Positions 13,538 to 26,415 of a stretch of 64,000 bases of DNA are shown here, piece after piece. The notes under the pieces were generated by a model. The model worked only from the letters and a program-made list of their open reading frames with translations, searched no databases and was not told the origin of the DNA. This DNA is from Perna viridis (lineage: Eukaryota). The stretch spans positions 26,790,862 to 26,854,861 of the forward strand of contig CM074511.1 of NCBI GenBank assembly GCA_037379345.1, read 5' to 3'. The position numbers and the translations under genes are program-made. The number at the start of each line of letters is the position of its first letter. Position 1 is the first letter of the stretch.

Positions 13538-13621
13538 ATTACATTTCAGGACTAACATGGGACATAAATTTAACTGTCCCAAATTCTCACGAGTCAAAGG
13601 GGAAATCATATTTAGATGATG

Positions 13622-13824
13622 CTACCATGGAAGTATTGTTGTTCGTGGTGTATCAATTTTCGTGGTTTTTGTGGGTAGACCAATCCACGAAATCTGGCTT
13701 CCAACAAAAAGGAGATTCCCTTTGATGTGTATACTGAAAACCTCAAAAACCACAAATTTGTGTTTCTGCCTTAATCCACAAATATTGAATATTGGTATCC
13801 GAGAATTTAAGTACTTTCACAGTA
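13622..13824. mobile_element. Degenerate MITE with TTTTCGTGG/CCACGAAA subterminal repeats; related copy at about 24912-25108
   Basis: Both copies end in AGTACTTTCACAGTA and carry repeated TTCGTGG/CCACGAA motifs. Confidence 0.5.
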
Positions 13825-13902
13825 TTTTAGAAAATCTTCTAGAAATAAGAACTTACAACTTAAAAATTATATTATAATCAACTGTTTTCTTTGATTTTAC
13901 AG

Positions 13903-14030
13903 TTCAGCCATACATTGGGGATACTATTTTACTGGTCAGTTTGTTTGTAATGGTGGCAAAGTTCTGCAGTGGGAATGCACCTCATTTCCCAATGAAGAAA
14001 GTTTTACTGTTGTTATGGAAAATCACTTTA
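13903..14030 (+). CDS. STRIP1: STRIP exon 8
   Basis: AG/GT; [21 protein letters not shown] signature. Confidence 0.95.
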
Positions 14031-14810
14031 GTGAGTTTCATAAAGGCTTTATGTTGTTTTTGATACCACAAAAATGGATACCCGTGAATATGTTCACTTG
14101 ATAGCAAAAATTAGCAACTGCTAAAATCAATACGTTTACAGTATTACTTTAAATTACATTTGTTTTAACAAATATAACTTTTTTATTAGTCAGCAATTTA
14201 TTACCCAATATGAAAACCTGACTTTGATGCATTGTGGTAAATTTTAGGATTAAAAAGTACTTGAATTGATTCAAGTACCTTTATAGGATTATGAATTTAT
14301 AAACCAATTCTCGTAAAAAATATACACACATTCATTTAGCAAACAACTAACAAAAGTAATTTATAGATAAATTGTGGACATCTTTTACTATTTTGTATTC
14401 CCTGTTTGCTTTTGAAATAAAACACAAAAGAACTTGCTTTAAAGATTTAAGTAAGATTTTTTTTTGTTCATTTAAGATTCACATTCTGTCTACAGTAGAG
14501 CTGATAGAAGTCACTGCTTTTTTTTGTCTACATATGCTACATATTAAATTCCTGATACATCTATCAAAGACCATAAGTCTTGCGAAGTGCCAATTTCATT
14601 AACAATTTATATGCAACTACACACTGAAACTGATAATAATGGTCTGTAACTGTTTTTGAACAAGAAATGAAAGTGGATTTGTAGGGTTTTTGATGGGTAT
14701 GAATCACCTTTTGCCTGATTTTTATAACGACAGATACTTAATCATTCTGAAAGGACTAGAAATAATATTCTGGAGTAAATTTGTAACTTTAAGTATGGTC
14801 TTTATATCAG

Positions 14811-14999
14811 ATCTCCTTAGGTGGATTGAAGGATTTACAAGATACAAAAAATAAAGTGAGAGTAGACCATGGATTATCTCCCCTTCCAGAGGATACATAT
14901 GAAGTTTGTAAAAACATGAGAGCATCATCGCCACCAGCTTCTGCCGTAGATCTGATAGAACAGCAGCTCCCCCGCAGAGCTATAAGGGGAGGTAAAAGG
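14811..14999 (+). CDS. STRIP1: STRIP exon 9
   Basis: AG/GT; ISLGG...GLSPLPEDT...MRASSPPASAVDLIEQQ. Confidence 0.92.
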
Positions 15000-15353
15000 G
15001 TATGTAGTTTTAATTTCCCAACACACAATTTTTTTTTTAAAAACTTCACTTTCCAAGTTGTTTTATGTCTATTTTCCTCAAGAGTTAAATGTTTTTTTTT
15101 ATTCCTCTATGATTTAGTTTGAATTTATATTTCTAAACAATTTTGATGTGATTAATTTAACACATTTTTTTCTAGATTTTTATAAAAATTAATTCCTGGT
15201 CTTATTGATTATTACAATTTTGCTTAAAAAAAATAGAGCAATAGAATACTAATGATAAATAAGTGTAGCAATTGTTCATTAATACATGTTCCAATATGTG
15301 GATGTATAAAATTTTGAAACGAACAATTTCAATTTCACAATTTATATCCATGT

Positions 15354-15940
15354 AAGGGACTACAACTAAATAACCGACGCCGTAGAATTTTGTTCTTTTT
15401 CAAGTTTCTGCATTCCTTTCAAGAAAATTACACATGGCACGCAATTTCAAATTTTCGATTGTTTTTCGAACGTAATTTTAAAATTTCGATAAAGTTTTTT
15501 CTAACGCCCCTAAGTTAGCAGTATTTTGCCTATTGGGAAACATAATTGTGATCAGGTGATTTGCGTTTCCATAGAAGAGCGTCCTTAAGGTCAAAAGGTA
15601 AAAAGCGAAACTATACTGACTGCGTTGGAAAAATATGAAAATATACTGTTCTGACAATAAATCCTACTTGTGAGGTTTTTTTTATATTGAACTGCAAACA
15701 TAGTTAATTGAACTACATTCTTTGTTAAGAATTAACATACTAGAAATTTAATCTTACACAAATAAAATACCATACATGACATATTTGTTTGGATAAAATG
15801 TACAGATTAGTTCATATATAATTCATTTGTGTTTAGGACGATCTCTTTGGGTTTAAGGTTTGTTTGCAAAAAAATACACTGTAATAATCAGAAAATAGAA
15901 TCTTCTTCTTGCAAGCAGATTTTACAGTCTTGTAGTCCTT
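15354..15940. mobile_element. Possible non-autonomous DNA transposon
   Basis: Short TIRs AAGGGACTACAA ... TTGTAGTCCTT; CpG-richer than the surrounding intron. Confidence 0.35.
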
Positions 15941-15991
15941 GTGAATGTATTTAAATAAAAAATGTGCTACAAATTAGCTAGAAACTAAGTT

Positions 15992-16190
15992 AATATTAAT
16001 CTAAAGCATATGCTAGAATTTTGTAAGGTAGCACTAATCTAGCAAAATATTAACATAAAGCACATGCTAGCAGATTGTTAAGTAGCACTAATCTAACAAA
16101 ATATTAACTTAAAGCATGTGCTAGCAGTTTGTTTGGTAGCACTAATCTAACAAAATATTAAAGTAAAGCATGTGCTAGAAGTCTGTGTAG
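15992..16190. repeat. 54-bp minisatellite, ~3.7 copies
   Basis: AATATTAA..TAAAGCA..TGCTAG....GTAGCACTAATCTA.CAA recurs at 15992, 16046, 16100 and 16154. Confidence 0.85.
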
Positions 16191-16640
16191 ATTATTGCCT
16201 TTACTAACCTAAGATGACAAAGTTGTTACAAAATTTCTTGTCTAAATTCCTTACCTCAACATTTTTCTTGTTACATTTTTCAGGTGTGTTTTTAGATTTC
16301 ATGTTTTTTTTTCTCTAACTTGTCGCCATCGAGAATTGATGTGCATGGTGTTTTTCTTCCTATTTAAATGTATGATGCTTCATGAAATTGTCTCGAATAC
16401 TGAAATACTCCATTGTTGGTTTGAATCTAGTATGTATAAAGGTTCTCAGTGTCCTTCTACAGGTCCTAGGTGTTATGTTACTGCACTTTTTATCCCTAAA
16501 GCACAACCCCCCACCCCAAAAAAAACAACAACAAAAAACATACATAACATTCAAGTGTTAATTGGCAAGCAAGAGAGTAAGATATTGAGGGAAATAAGAT
16601 GTTGATCATTCATATTAGATCTAGCTGTGTACTGTTGATA

Positions 16641-17083
16641 CTGCCTCTGTGGTCTTAGGGTAGCGTGTTCGCCTTGATTACGGGAGGTTGTGGGTTTGAT
16701 CCCCAGGTGAGTTACACCAAAGACTTTAAAATTGGCAGTCACTGCTTCTTCCCAAAGCATGCAGTATAAGGGGATAGAGTGACGACTGGTTGGCCCAGCT
16801 TGGAGTCAGAATAATGTGTGTGAGTGAGGTGACATGCCTACCTGCGGGCTGTTGCTTCTGTATGCTAACGCAATAAAGTTCTCTATCAGTGTGTCAAACT
16901 AGTACAAAGCAAGGTCTGTTTGATTGGCTCGTCATGTCAAGCTAGTACAAAGCAAGGTCTGTTTGATTGGCTCTGCATGTCAAACTAGTACAAAAGCAGG
17001 GTTTGTTTGATTGGTCAGTTGTTCTCATCCTGAAATGCATAAAATAACTGCCACATAATGTTAAACCATAATAAATTAATCAA
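16641..17083 (+). mobile_element. tRNA-derived SINE (bivalve Meta-SINE-like) with an internal 43-bp triplication
   Basis: A-box-like TGGTCTTAGGGT, B-box-like GGGTTTGATCCC, body ACCAAAGACTTTAAAATTGG, tail ATGTTAAACC..AATCAA; 43-bp unit at 16892, 16935 and 16978. Confidence 0.75.
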
Positions 17084-17378
17084 TGTACAAAAAATAAAGT
17101 GAGAGTAGACCATGGATTATCTCCCCTTCCAGAGGATACATATGAAGTAATGTTGACAACATGATTTGGAGTTCCATTTGTCAAATGTATATATGATATT
17201 TCTAACAATGACATGTACTAAAAACTATACAAAGAAGATCCTTAAGCACTTTTCTGTATTATTTTTACAAACAAATTCTTTTGTAGCAGCTTTGTCATTA
17301 AAGTAGAAACAAAATCATCTTACTAACTAGCAATGTTACACTGATAACTTGTGACAAGTCAACAAAAGCAAAATTTAA

Positions 17379-17588
17379 GGAGGTAGACAGGGTAAGGGAC
17401 ACAATTCTTACAAATCATAGGAACGTTTTAATAAACTATTTTACATCAATCTCATGTAAGCATCAAAGTAACTTGGATTTATTTCATTCTATTTCAAATT
17501 AAAGCTTGATAGACTTTGATGAAATTGAATATGTTGCAAACATGTCACCGATTTCAAGAGTTATGTCCCTTACCCCAAGTCTACCTCC
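17379..17588. mobile_element. Kolobok-like MITE, copy 2 (inverted relative to copy 1)
   Basis: TTAA-GGAGGTAGAC...GTCTACCTCC-TTAA. Confidence 0.75.
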
Positions 17589-19770
17589 TTAAGTGTAAAT
17601 ATATGAGAAAAGGAAAAAGTTACTAGCGATCATCTATGTACATGTATTACATCTGATTTAAAATGTTATTTCAATGTCAATCTTTTTTGTATCATATTAT
17701 GTCATAATTGTATTTGTATAAGAAATGTGTTTTATTTTGGTTTTTCTTTATTTTTGTTTCTTTATGAGTCCATGTTGTAACTGCATGCAAAGTTTTATAT
17801 TTGTATGCGCTAAAAATATACTATAAATTTAATGCTTTTTGAAAATTGATGGAATATAAGTTGAATTTTGATATTGCTAAACATTTTAATGTATTCATAT
17901 TCAAAGTGCATGGATTGGCTTTATAATGAATATGCCTAAACTAATTCTGAAATGTCCAGTTATATGTTTTTAGGTCATTAAATGAAAAAAACAAAACAAA
18001 ACAACTGATCCATTGGTGATGTCCCTTATTTGGAAATAAGTGTATGAAATATAAATTTTTATGTCCTGGTGTGAACCAAATTATCTGTGATAGAATGGCA
18101 TCACATTGCATCCATCATTTATTGATTTTTTAAAATTCCTCTTTTATGTGTTTTATTTTAAACGCTGATCCAGTTTGGAATAAGTTTATGTAAATAGTCC
18201 CCATGAATAAATGGACAAAGGACTAGAGTCATGAAATGGGAAAATCAGCCCATTAAAACAGATTATTTAAACAATTCTTAAGTACCATTCTGTGTAAGAA
18301 TCAGGCAATGAGTGGCACATCATTATTCTCAATTTGGTGTTTTTTGCCTCAAAGAAAACTGAAAGTTATTTTTAATTTATCCTGTAGCATTTGTGACATA
18401 GATATTTTTTTGACTGCTTATATAGGGAAAAAGTTTGGGGAATTTTGTTACCAAATTTTCCATTGTACATTTCAACTCCTCTGACTTTTGGATATCTTTG
18501 ATGATTATTTTTTTTGGAAATTATGATGTGTAAATACTTTGATAATGCAATAAAATCTCTGTATTTTTTTTTTTTCATATGCCACACCTGATATACATTA
18601 TGCCTGATTTTTAGACAAAGAAGTACTTAAATGTTCAATTGTATGTCATTTTTTCTCATAAAAACAAGTACATGTAGATGTAAGATCAAAAATGAAAGAG
18701 ATTATATTCAGATGGGTTTGTGCAAAACATTTGACGACATTGGTATTTTCAAAAAGAAAACAAATGGCTATACATTCAATCAGCATGATCTATTAGGAAG
18801 ACTTCATAAAACAATGCTAGAATTATCATTACACATGGATAATACATAGAAATAGAAATTTAAATTCTTTAGAATCAGGATTGAGGCTGGTTTTGGCCAT
18901 TTGTGGCTGTACCCTTTTTTCAAGTATTTTAAGAGGTTTGTCTCTGCATTTGATGTTGAGAACTACCAATACATGAATTACTCAGGATCGTCCAGGTGAG
19001 AAATTGCAAAATAAAAAAAACCCTATCATTGATAGAAATACTGTAGGGATGTATATGTTTTGTAGTGTTGACAGCATGATTTGGAGTTCCATTTGTCAAA
19101 TGTATATATAAATATTACTAACAATGTTTGTAGTGGCAAATTTACAGATACAATTTATTACTTGTTTTTAGGATTGAAAGAAAAAAATTTTATAATGAAA
19201 AATCATATATGTAGTGTCATGTAAATCTGAAACTTTATTTTAATATGCTCATCTTTTGACAGACATATGATATTCCACTTTATTTCAGTAAACATGTGGT
19301 ATGATAAACTACCTTTAAACACTTAAATGGAATTTGAAAAATTATTTGGTACAAAGTAAATCTGACATTATAATTAGAAGCTTCTTTTGACTTTTTTTTC
19401 ATTTCAGACCATGGGTCTTTAAATACATCCATCCTATTATTATGCATTTATTTTATTGTTTTCACAATATAAATTTGATTGCATTAAAAAAAAAAAATCA
19501 CATTTTTTTTACTAATTACGTAATATTGAATGAGCGTTTGTAGATGTGAAAATTTTTTAAAATTGATTTGCATGATTATCTTTAGAAAAAAAATTATTAT
19601 AAGAAAATTACCGAAAAAAATTTAAATCTGTAAATCTGCTACATATGTATGGTGTATGATATTAATATGTGTGCTCTTCTGCTAATACGCTTGCTTTTCT
19701 AACCTCTTTTCTGTGCGCCATCTATCCTATCTTTCTACGGCCACTGTTTGGCTTGCTCGGCATTATAAAG

Positions 19771-19958
19771 ATCTTGGTTAAACAGAGTAGTCTGAATGAC
19801 GACCCATTTGACAATGGCAACGACTCAGACGACCTCATGAAAGACCTTGATGGTATTAAACCTGAAGAAGATGAGGATAAATTACCTCCGACTCCACCAA
19901 GACCATCTACGCCAAATATTCCTCAACAGAGAATTTTACCGTGGAAACCCAAAGTCAG
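19771..19958 (+). CDS. STRIP1: STRIP exon 10
   Basis: AAG acceptor and GT donor; ILVKQSSLND...LPWKPKVR; acceptor position inferred from phase. Confidence 0.85.
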
Positions 19959-20437
19959 GTAAAGAAAAGCAGTAGTTAGAATTAATTGCAACTTTTTTGT
20001 AGTGTGAACTTTGTACAGAAGATATCAGAACCATAAGGCATCTTGAAGAACAATATGTTTTATATATATGGAAAAAAATAGTTTAAGCCCTAAAATTTGC
20101 AGTGTCTCCTATGGTAAATTTTTAGATTACTACATTGGTTTTAAGTCTCCTGATATTTCGTCTATTTACAAAAGTTTCACATCAACGCCACCAAAAAAAA
20201 ATAATTTACCCAGTTCATGCTTAGTATGAAATTCATGTGATAATCATGGGGAAATATTTTGTCTGTGTATTTAATGACTTTTGAAATTGAAAATTGCTAA
20301 TTTTTGAATGCATGTAAACTGTATGTGTGCAAGTTTCATTTTTACAAATGTGATTAAAATGTACCATAAGTAATCATATTCCGAATGTTATCAGTATTCA
20401 TTGTGTTAAGAGTGTATTTTTTATTTTTTCTTTTCAG

Positions 20438-20567
20438 ACAAAAAGATTTAGAGAACTTTTTAGACCATACAAGAATGAAGTTTGTTGGTTTTCTGGCCAA
20501 AAATGATCAGACATCATTAGCTGGTCTTCCCAGACCTATACATGAAGGTGTAAAGGTTTTGAAACAG
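20438..20567 (+). CDS. STRIP1: STRIP exon 11
   Basis: AG/GT; QKDLENFLDHTRMKFVGF...LAGLPRPIHEGVKVLKQ. Confidence 0.95.
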
Positions 20568-20895
20568 GTAAGCTTGGTTTAAAGTTTCTAAATTCTTCTA
20601 TGCTTGTCATTTGGCAGACATATTGTTGTTGGTCCTTTCATACATCTTTTACAATTACTTTTAAAAATAATCTGAGAAATTTGTTGGTGAATGTTTTTTC
20701 TTTAAAAAGAACAAATTTAGAAGAAAACTTATTTTTATTTTTTGTTTTTTTTCCCTCAGTTTTCAGTAGATTGTTATTTTTAAACATACTGTTACAAAAG
20801 ATATTTTGTCAGTCTTGTGAAAAAAAGTCATTTTACTTGAAATGCCCTAATATTAATTTAATTTTTGTTACCTGGTATTTCGTTGTTAATCATAC

Positions 20896-21016
20896 TAAAG
20901 GGTTATTGCATGAATACTGGGGAATATTATCCACAGTAGAATTTGCAAGAGTTTATGATTGCAATAAACATTCTACTCAGAATAATATTCCCCAGTATTC
21001 ATGCAATAACCTTTTT
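20896..21016. mobile_element. Fold-back MITE in STRIP intron 11
   Basis: Long inverted arms AAAGGGTTATTGCATGAATACTGGGGAATATTAT / ATAATATTCCCCAGTATTCATGCAATAACCTTTT. Confidence 0.65.
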
Positions 21017-21263
21017 ATTGTATAGCAATATAATTTAGTCTTGTTTAAAATGTTTGTCATGGATAGTGTCACAAATTTTAACTATATTTGCACTGGTGCA
21101 ACATGGAAATTCATTGCGTAATGCACGCTGACATTGCATTGCTTTCTTTGGGGAAATTATATTGCTATGCAATAAAATAACTTTTTTGGAAGGTAAAGAA
21201 ATGAATGACTAAATTAGCCTTATCAGTTCTGTAAGTGTGTATGACTTTATTTTTATTTTTCAG

Positions 21264-21335
21264 CATTTATACATATCACTCACTGAAGTTCAAATTAAAA
21301 GAGAAGAAGAAATAGCTAAAAATCCTCTGTCAAAG
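21264..21335 (+). CDS. STRIP1: STRIP exon 12
   Basis: AG/GT; HLYISLTEVQIKREEEIAKNPLSK. Confidence 0.92.
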
Positions 21336-21831
21336 GTAAAAAAAGTACTTATAGGTATTCAGATTTGTGCATGATGGGGTAAACTTCCCATTCTGTGGTA
21401 TGTGTGGGATGGGGAAGGGGATTGTCGATGGTGGGGTTGGGGAAACAAATTTTTAAAGAAGTACTTTATTTGAAATATAATGCATTAATTCAATTTTATT
21501 ATGTAAATATTTGGTAAAGAAAAATGCAATGGGGATTCTAAAACCAGTGTTTTATTTGTATTTTCTTTCGTATCACTGAAATGTTTTTTTATCTGTACAT
21601 AAAATCTCCTTTTACATGTTCTATATTTTTTCTCTGATGGAATAATTCTGAAAGTTACTGATTTTAAGTCTAGTAATTTTGTAATGATATTTATAGACAC
21701 TAAAACTGGAACTTCTGTAGTAGATCGGGAATATGTTGTATATACTGTTCAAAGGTTTTTAAGACAATGTTTTGTTTTTTTTTTTGCCTTAAGATGACAT
21801 CTAATGGTAAGTTTTTTTTTCTGTATTTCAG

Positions 21832-21906
21832 CCAGAAGGAGAGATTGAAAGTACACCAGTAGAAATATTTTACCAAGAGCTCTTGCCCAATCTACCCCAG
21901 TATATG
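21832..21906 (+). CDS. STRIP1: STRIP exon 13
   Basis: AG/GT; PEGEIESTPVEIFYQELLPNLPQYM. Confidence 0.92.
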
Positions 21907-22127
21907 GTATGGAATATACATTTATGTGCAATTATATAAATCATATTGGGATGCTTAAATGCAACAATGCCCTAAGGTGAAAAAAGTTGAAACATATTTC
22001 TTTAGGAAGATCTTGATAAATCACCGAAATACTATCATAAACAATGCAGGAACTAAAGTTAATCTTAATGATATGTTATCTCGTAGTAAGTGTCACTTGT
22101 AAATTGAGCTAAATATTGACTATGTTA

Positions 22128-22392
22128 TAAGAGATGTGGTATGATTGTCACTGATACAGTCATCCACCAAAAGCCAAGCAACAAACAATTTAACTTCTAC
22201 TGGTCGCCACATGATCTTTAATGATGGGCAAAACCCATACCATTAAGCAAGCTGTCAAAGGACCCAAAATAAATGAAGTGAAACTATTCATAAAAGACGA
22301 AAATTGACTTAATTTATAGAAAAAAATTAATAACAATGAACATAATAAACGACAACAACCACAGGGTCCTGGCTTTTGACAAGCACATAAAG
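22128..22392 (+). mobile_element. Diverged copy of an abundant mytilid-type interspersed repeat
   Basis: Starts AAGAGATGTGGTATGATTG, contains AAAACCCATACC and AAACGACAACAACCAC; recognised from memory, not by search. Confidence 0.45.
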
Positions 22393-22515
22393 TAAATGTT
22401 ATGTTTTATGTTAGTTGATTTTTAACTATTCAATACATGCGTATTTTTAATTTATTTTTTATGTGCAGTAGTGCAAGATATTTATAACCAGGAAATTTTG
22501 TAACTCCATTTTCAG

Positions 22516-22613
22516 ATTGCCTTGTTAAAGATATTATTAGCAGCAGCACCCACATCTAAAACAAAGACAGATTCTATAAATATACTTTCTGATGTATTAC
22601 CTGAAGAAATGCC
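22516..22613 (+). CDS. STRIP1: STRIP exon 14
   Basis: AG/GT; IALLKILLAAAPTSKTKTDSINILSDVLPEEMP. Confidence 0.95.
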
Positions 22614-23287
22614 GTAAGTATCCAGTGTATTTTGTTGGTTATTTTGCCCATCAAAAGTTTGGATGAGGATAATCTAAATACATGTATATGGACAATAAAA
22701 GAATTAAGTCTTATTTTTGGCTTATTTTCCGTTCCTTTCTTACCTACATTTAAAAAAAAACCATTAAAAATGTATTTCTCCTATTATGCCATCAAAAAAT
22801 CTGCTGTTGTATAGTGGTATTGTGCTGTCATTGTTATCCTCATCCATATCCAATGACTTGAGTATAAGTGTATCGATCTGTATGAAATTATACCATAAGG
22901 TACCATACTCTGGAAGAAAGCCTGGGATTTATTTTGGTGGTTGTGACTTGGACTATTTAGGAAAAATTGGCAAGAAATAAGTATTTTCATGTTTTCCAGA
23001 CAATAACTTGAATAAATGTGAATCAAAATTCAGAGCTGTATCAAGATTGAAGTGTGTGTCCATAGTTTTCCCAACTGTTTAGGGTTTGACCTCTGTGGTT
23101 GTATCAAGCTGCACTATGCGAAGCATTTTGTTCCAACTAGTCTTTGGAATGGAAAAGAAGACATAAAACCTAGATTAATTTCATGATGGTCTCTGGCTTA
23201 TCGTTCTTGACACAGTGCACAATTTTCATGCATTAATTAGAAACCTGTATTCCATAGTTCTAACCATTACTTATTGTGTAATTGTAG

Positions 23288-23414
23288 AACTACAGTGCTG
23301 CAGTCTATGAAACTTGGTATAGATGTAAACAGACACAAGGAAATTATTGTAAAAGCTATATCAGGGCTGACATTACTGTTGCTAAAACATTTCAAGCTTA
23401 GTCATGTGTACCAG
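23288..23414 (+). CDS. STRIP1: STRIP exon 15
   Basis: AG/GT; TTVLQSMKLGIDVNRHKEIIVKAIS...LLKHFKLSHVYQ. Confidence 0.95.
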
Positions 23415-24061
23415 GTGAGTGTTCTATGTAAGAATCAGGCAGTGGGTGTATTAAAACACAAGTCTTTTCATGATGTTTTTTACTTGGATGTTGCGCTTTT
23501 GAGAAAAAAATTATACAGATTGTACATGAAATTGACACTTTACAAAAGTTACCGTTCTTGATTTTGATTGATTTTGTTGATTTTAGTGGGAGATAGATGT
23601 ATGATTTTCTCAAAAGTGCAGATCTAGATACAGATATAATTATTGTTATGTGAAAATATAGCATATGTAGATTGAAGAAGCATCATTTGTTCGGTGGGTT
23701 TTTCTACTACATGAATCACTTTGCCATTGGCCATGTCTGAATTTTATATGGACTTGTACTTAAGTATCACTAATTTGAAGTAGGATTTATGTGAAATGCA
23801 TTGCAATTTCTTCATCAAAGGGAGATAATTCACTTTTCCTTTATCATACTATTGTAACTTTAAACTCACTTTTCTGCATCCACTCACATTTCTAAGATGA
23901 ACGAACATGCTTTCCAAACCAACAAACGCATCACTTGAAAATAAGTATTGGAACATATTTAACCCTAATAACAAAAAGTAGTACTGACCAGATTTACAAA
24001 GAAAATCTACATGGAGGTGTCAGCTTCATAACATATTTTAAGTTCATCCATTTTTTTTCAG

Positions 24062-24162
24062 TTTGAGTTTATGAGTCAACACCTGGTATTTGCCAACTGT
24101 ATTCCATTGGTGCTAAAATTCTTCAATCAGAATATCATGTCATATGTTGGTTCTAAGAACAG
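24062..24162 (+). CDS. STRIP1: STRIP exon 16
   Basis: AG/GT; FEFMSQHLVFANCIPLVLKFFNQNIMSY. Confidence 0.95.
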
Positions 24163-24642
24163 GTAATAATTTTTTTCTGGCAATGCCACAATGGACACTA
24201 ATAGACTATAGTTTTAATACCATTTAACAATAGAATGTATTGTAGAGAAAACATGTTTTACATTTTTTTGTTTTGTTTTACTCACCATAATGTCAAAATG
24301 TTTTATTGCTGGATATAAATTTATAAGTTTTATTAGTTAATAAAATTATTGTCAAACTGAACAAGAGCATTTTATGGATAAATGAAAATAATGGTTACAC
24401 AATAAACATTTGCAGCATTTGAAATTCATACATGCATATTTTTTTCCTCATTAAAAATATGTAGTAAATAGTTTTACACTCCAATTTTAAATAATAAATT
24501 CACTTATGGTTTTCTTATAGATAATAGCATTCTATTCATAGACAGGCTATAGTTTTTGTTTCTTTATTTTTTCTAATATTTTTGCTCATAACGATCAAAT
24601 ATAAAAGAATATAAAATATCATACTACAATTTATTATTCTAG

Positions 24643-24709
24643 TATACCTGTGTTAGACTTCCCTTCCTGTGTAATTGGAGACCAAGTAGAACTTACTGCA
24701 GAAGTATTG
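24643..24709 (+). CDS. STRIP1: STRIP exon 17
   Basis: AG/GT; IPVLDFPSCVIGDQVELTAEVL. Confidence 0.9.
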
Positions 24710-25173
24710 GTATGTTATTTGTATTCCAAGTACAGGTCTGCATAAAGAGTCATGCAAAAAAAAAAGAAAAAGGTGGACTGCAGCATGTTAGTTCTACAAT
24801 TACACAATAAGTCCAAAATGTTTGTTTACTTGTACATGCTTTATACATTTTATGCTGTATTCTTCTAAGTGTTGAAGACTTGTTTCTTTACAATTCATAT
24901 CTAGATTTCCAGTATTCTGGAAGTTCTTTAATTCGTGGATTAGGGAAGATACGCAAATTTGTGGATTCTTGAATTCGTGGTTCTGAGGGTTTCAGTTAAC
25001 ACATCAATGGGAATCTCCTTTTAGTTGAGAACCAAATTTTGTGGTTTTGTCTACCCTGACGAAAACCACGAAAATTGGTACCCCACAAACAATAGTACTT
25101 TCACAGTACTTTATCCATCAATGCATTGTAAGTATGTATCATCATTGTTTGATATTGATATGTTTTTCTGTAG

Positions 25174-25278
25174 GAGAATGGTGACAATCAGACATTTTGT
25201 TGGAGGAATCTCTTCTCATGTATCAATTTACTGAGAATTCTGAACAAGCTGACCAAGTGGAAACACTCCAGAACTATG
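25174..25278 (+). CDS. STRIP1: STRIP exon 18
   Basis: AG/GT; FCWRNLFSCINLLRILNKLTKWKHSRTM. Confidence 0.95.
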
Positions 25279-25685
25279 GTAAGTAATAGTACTGCTACTA
25301 TACGTCCAAATCAGATGATATGAATGGGTGAGTATCATTATCATGGATTAATTGTAATTATTTTGAGTACATTGTATTATACTGTACATATACAAAAGCA
25401 GGTCTAGAAATTAGTAAAAGGTGGGAAGGGGGTTTCTGATGCAGACAATTAAGAAAGGGGTGGGGATCATTTAATCATGTGTGCCTTAATTTTGCACCAA
25501 ATAAACACAATTTTTCTGTCAAAAGTTCCCCACCCCCTTTTTCCCAATAATGGAAACAACTCTTAGTACTGGAAAAAAGTGCTGTATTACATAATTTGAT
25601 GATAAATTCAATTGAATTTAAATTTTGATATAATGAATCATTTATTTACATGTATTGTAGTATTACTTATTTATATCCTTTACAG

Positions 25686-25890
25686 ATGCTAGTAGTATTC
25701 AAATCTGCTCCCATCCTAAAACGTGGTCTGAAAGTTAAACAGGCCATGATGCAGCTGTATATCCTGAAGTTACTTAAGATGCAAACCAAGTATCTAGGGA
25801 GACAGTGGAGAAAGAGTAATATGAAGACAATGTCAGCCATTTATCAGAAAGTCAGACATAGACTTAATGATGATTGGGCATATGGAAATG
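25686..25890 (+). CDS. STRIP1: STRIP exon 19
   Basis: AG/GT; MLVVFKSAPILKR...KYLGRQWRKSNMKTMSAIYQKVRHRLNDDWAYGN. Confidence 0.97.
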
Positions 25891-26195
25891 GTGAGTTTTG
25901 ATTTTGTTGTAAAATTTCACTGTCAATAGTTGCTTTATTGTACTTTACTTGTGAATTTTAGGTTAAAAATGTCATCTGTTTTCGAAGAAAATTACATTTA
26001 AATCTTGTTATCTAAAACTGTGTTGTAAGTAGCAAAAAATATAGAGGGGCAGGATAACACTCAGGCTTTTCAATGAGAATCTGTGATAAGAGTTACATTT
26101 GTCTTAAACCTCTTTACATTATTATGATTACACAAGTGATCTTTTTGAACTTAGAAATAATATAAAGACAATGGCATAATCATTATTCCACTTCA

Positions 26196-26415
26196 GAAGG
26201 TAGACCTAGGGTAAGGGACACAACTCTTACAAATCATTGGAATATTTGTATTCAGCATTTTACATTAATCTCATGTAAGCATCACAGTAATTTGGATTGA
26301 TTTCATTCTGTTTCAAATGAAATCTTGATAGGCTTTGGTGAAATTGAATATGAGAATATGATACAAACATATCCCTGATTTCAAGAATTATGTCCCTTGC
26401 CCTAGGTCTACATCC
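26196..26415. mobile_element. Kolobok-like MITE, copy 3 (decayed TSD)
   Basis: GAAGGTAGACCTAGGGTAAGGGACA...TGTCCCTTGCCCTAGGTCTACATCC; internal sequence aligns to copies 1 and 2. Confidence 0.7.
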
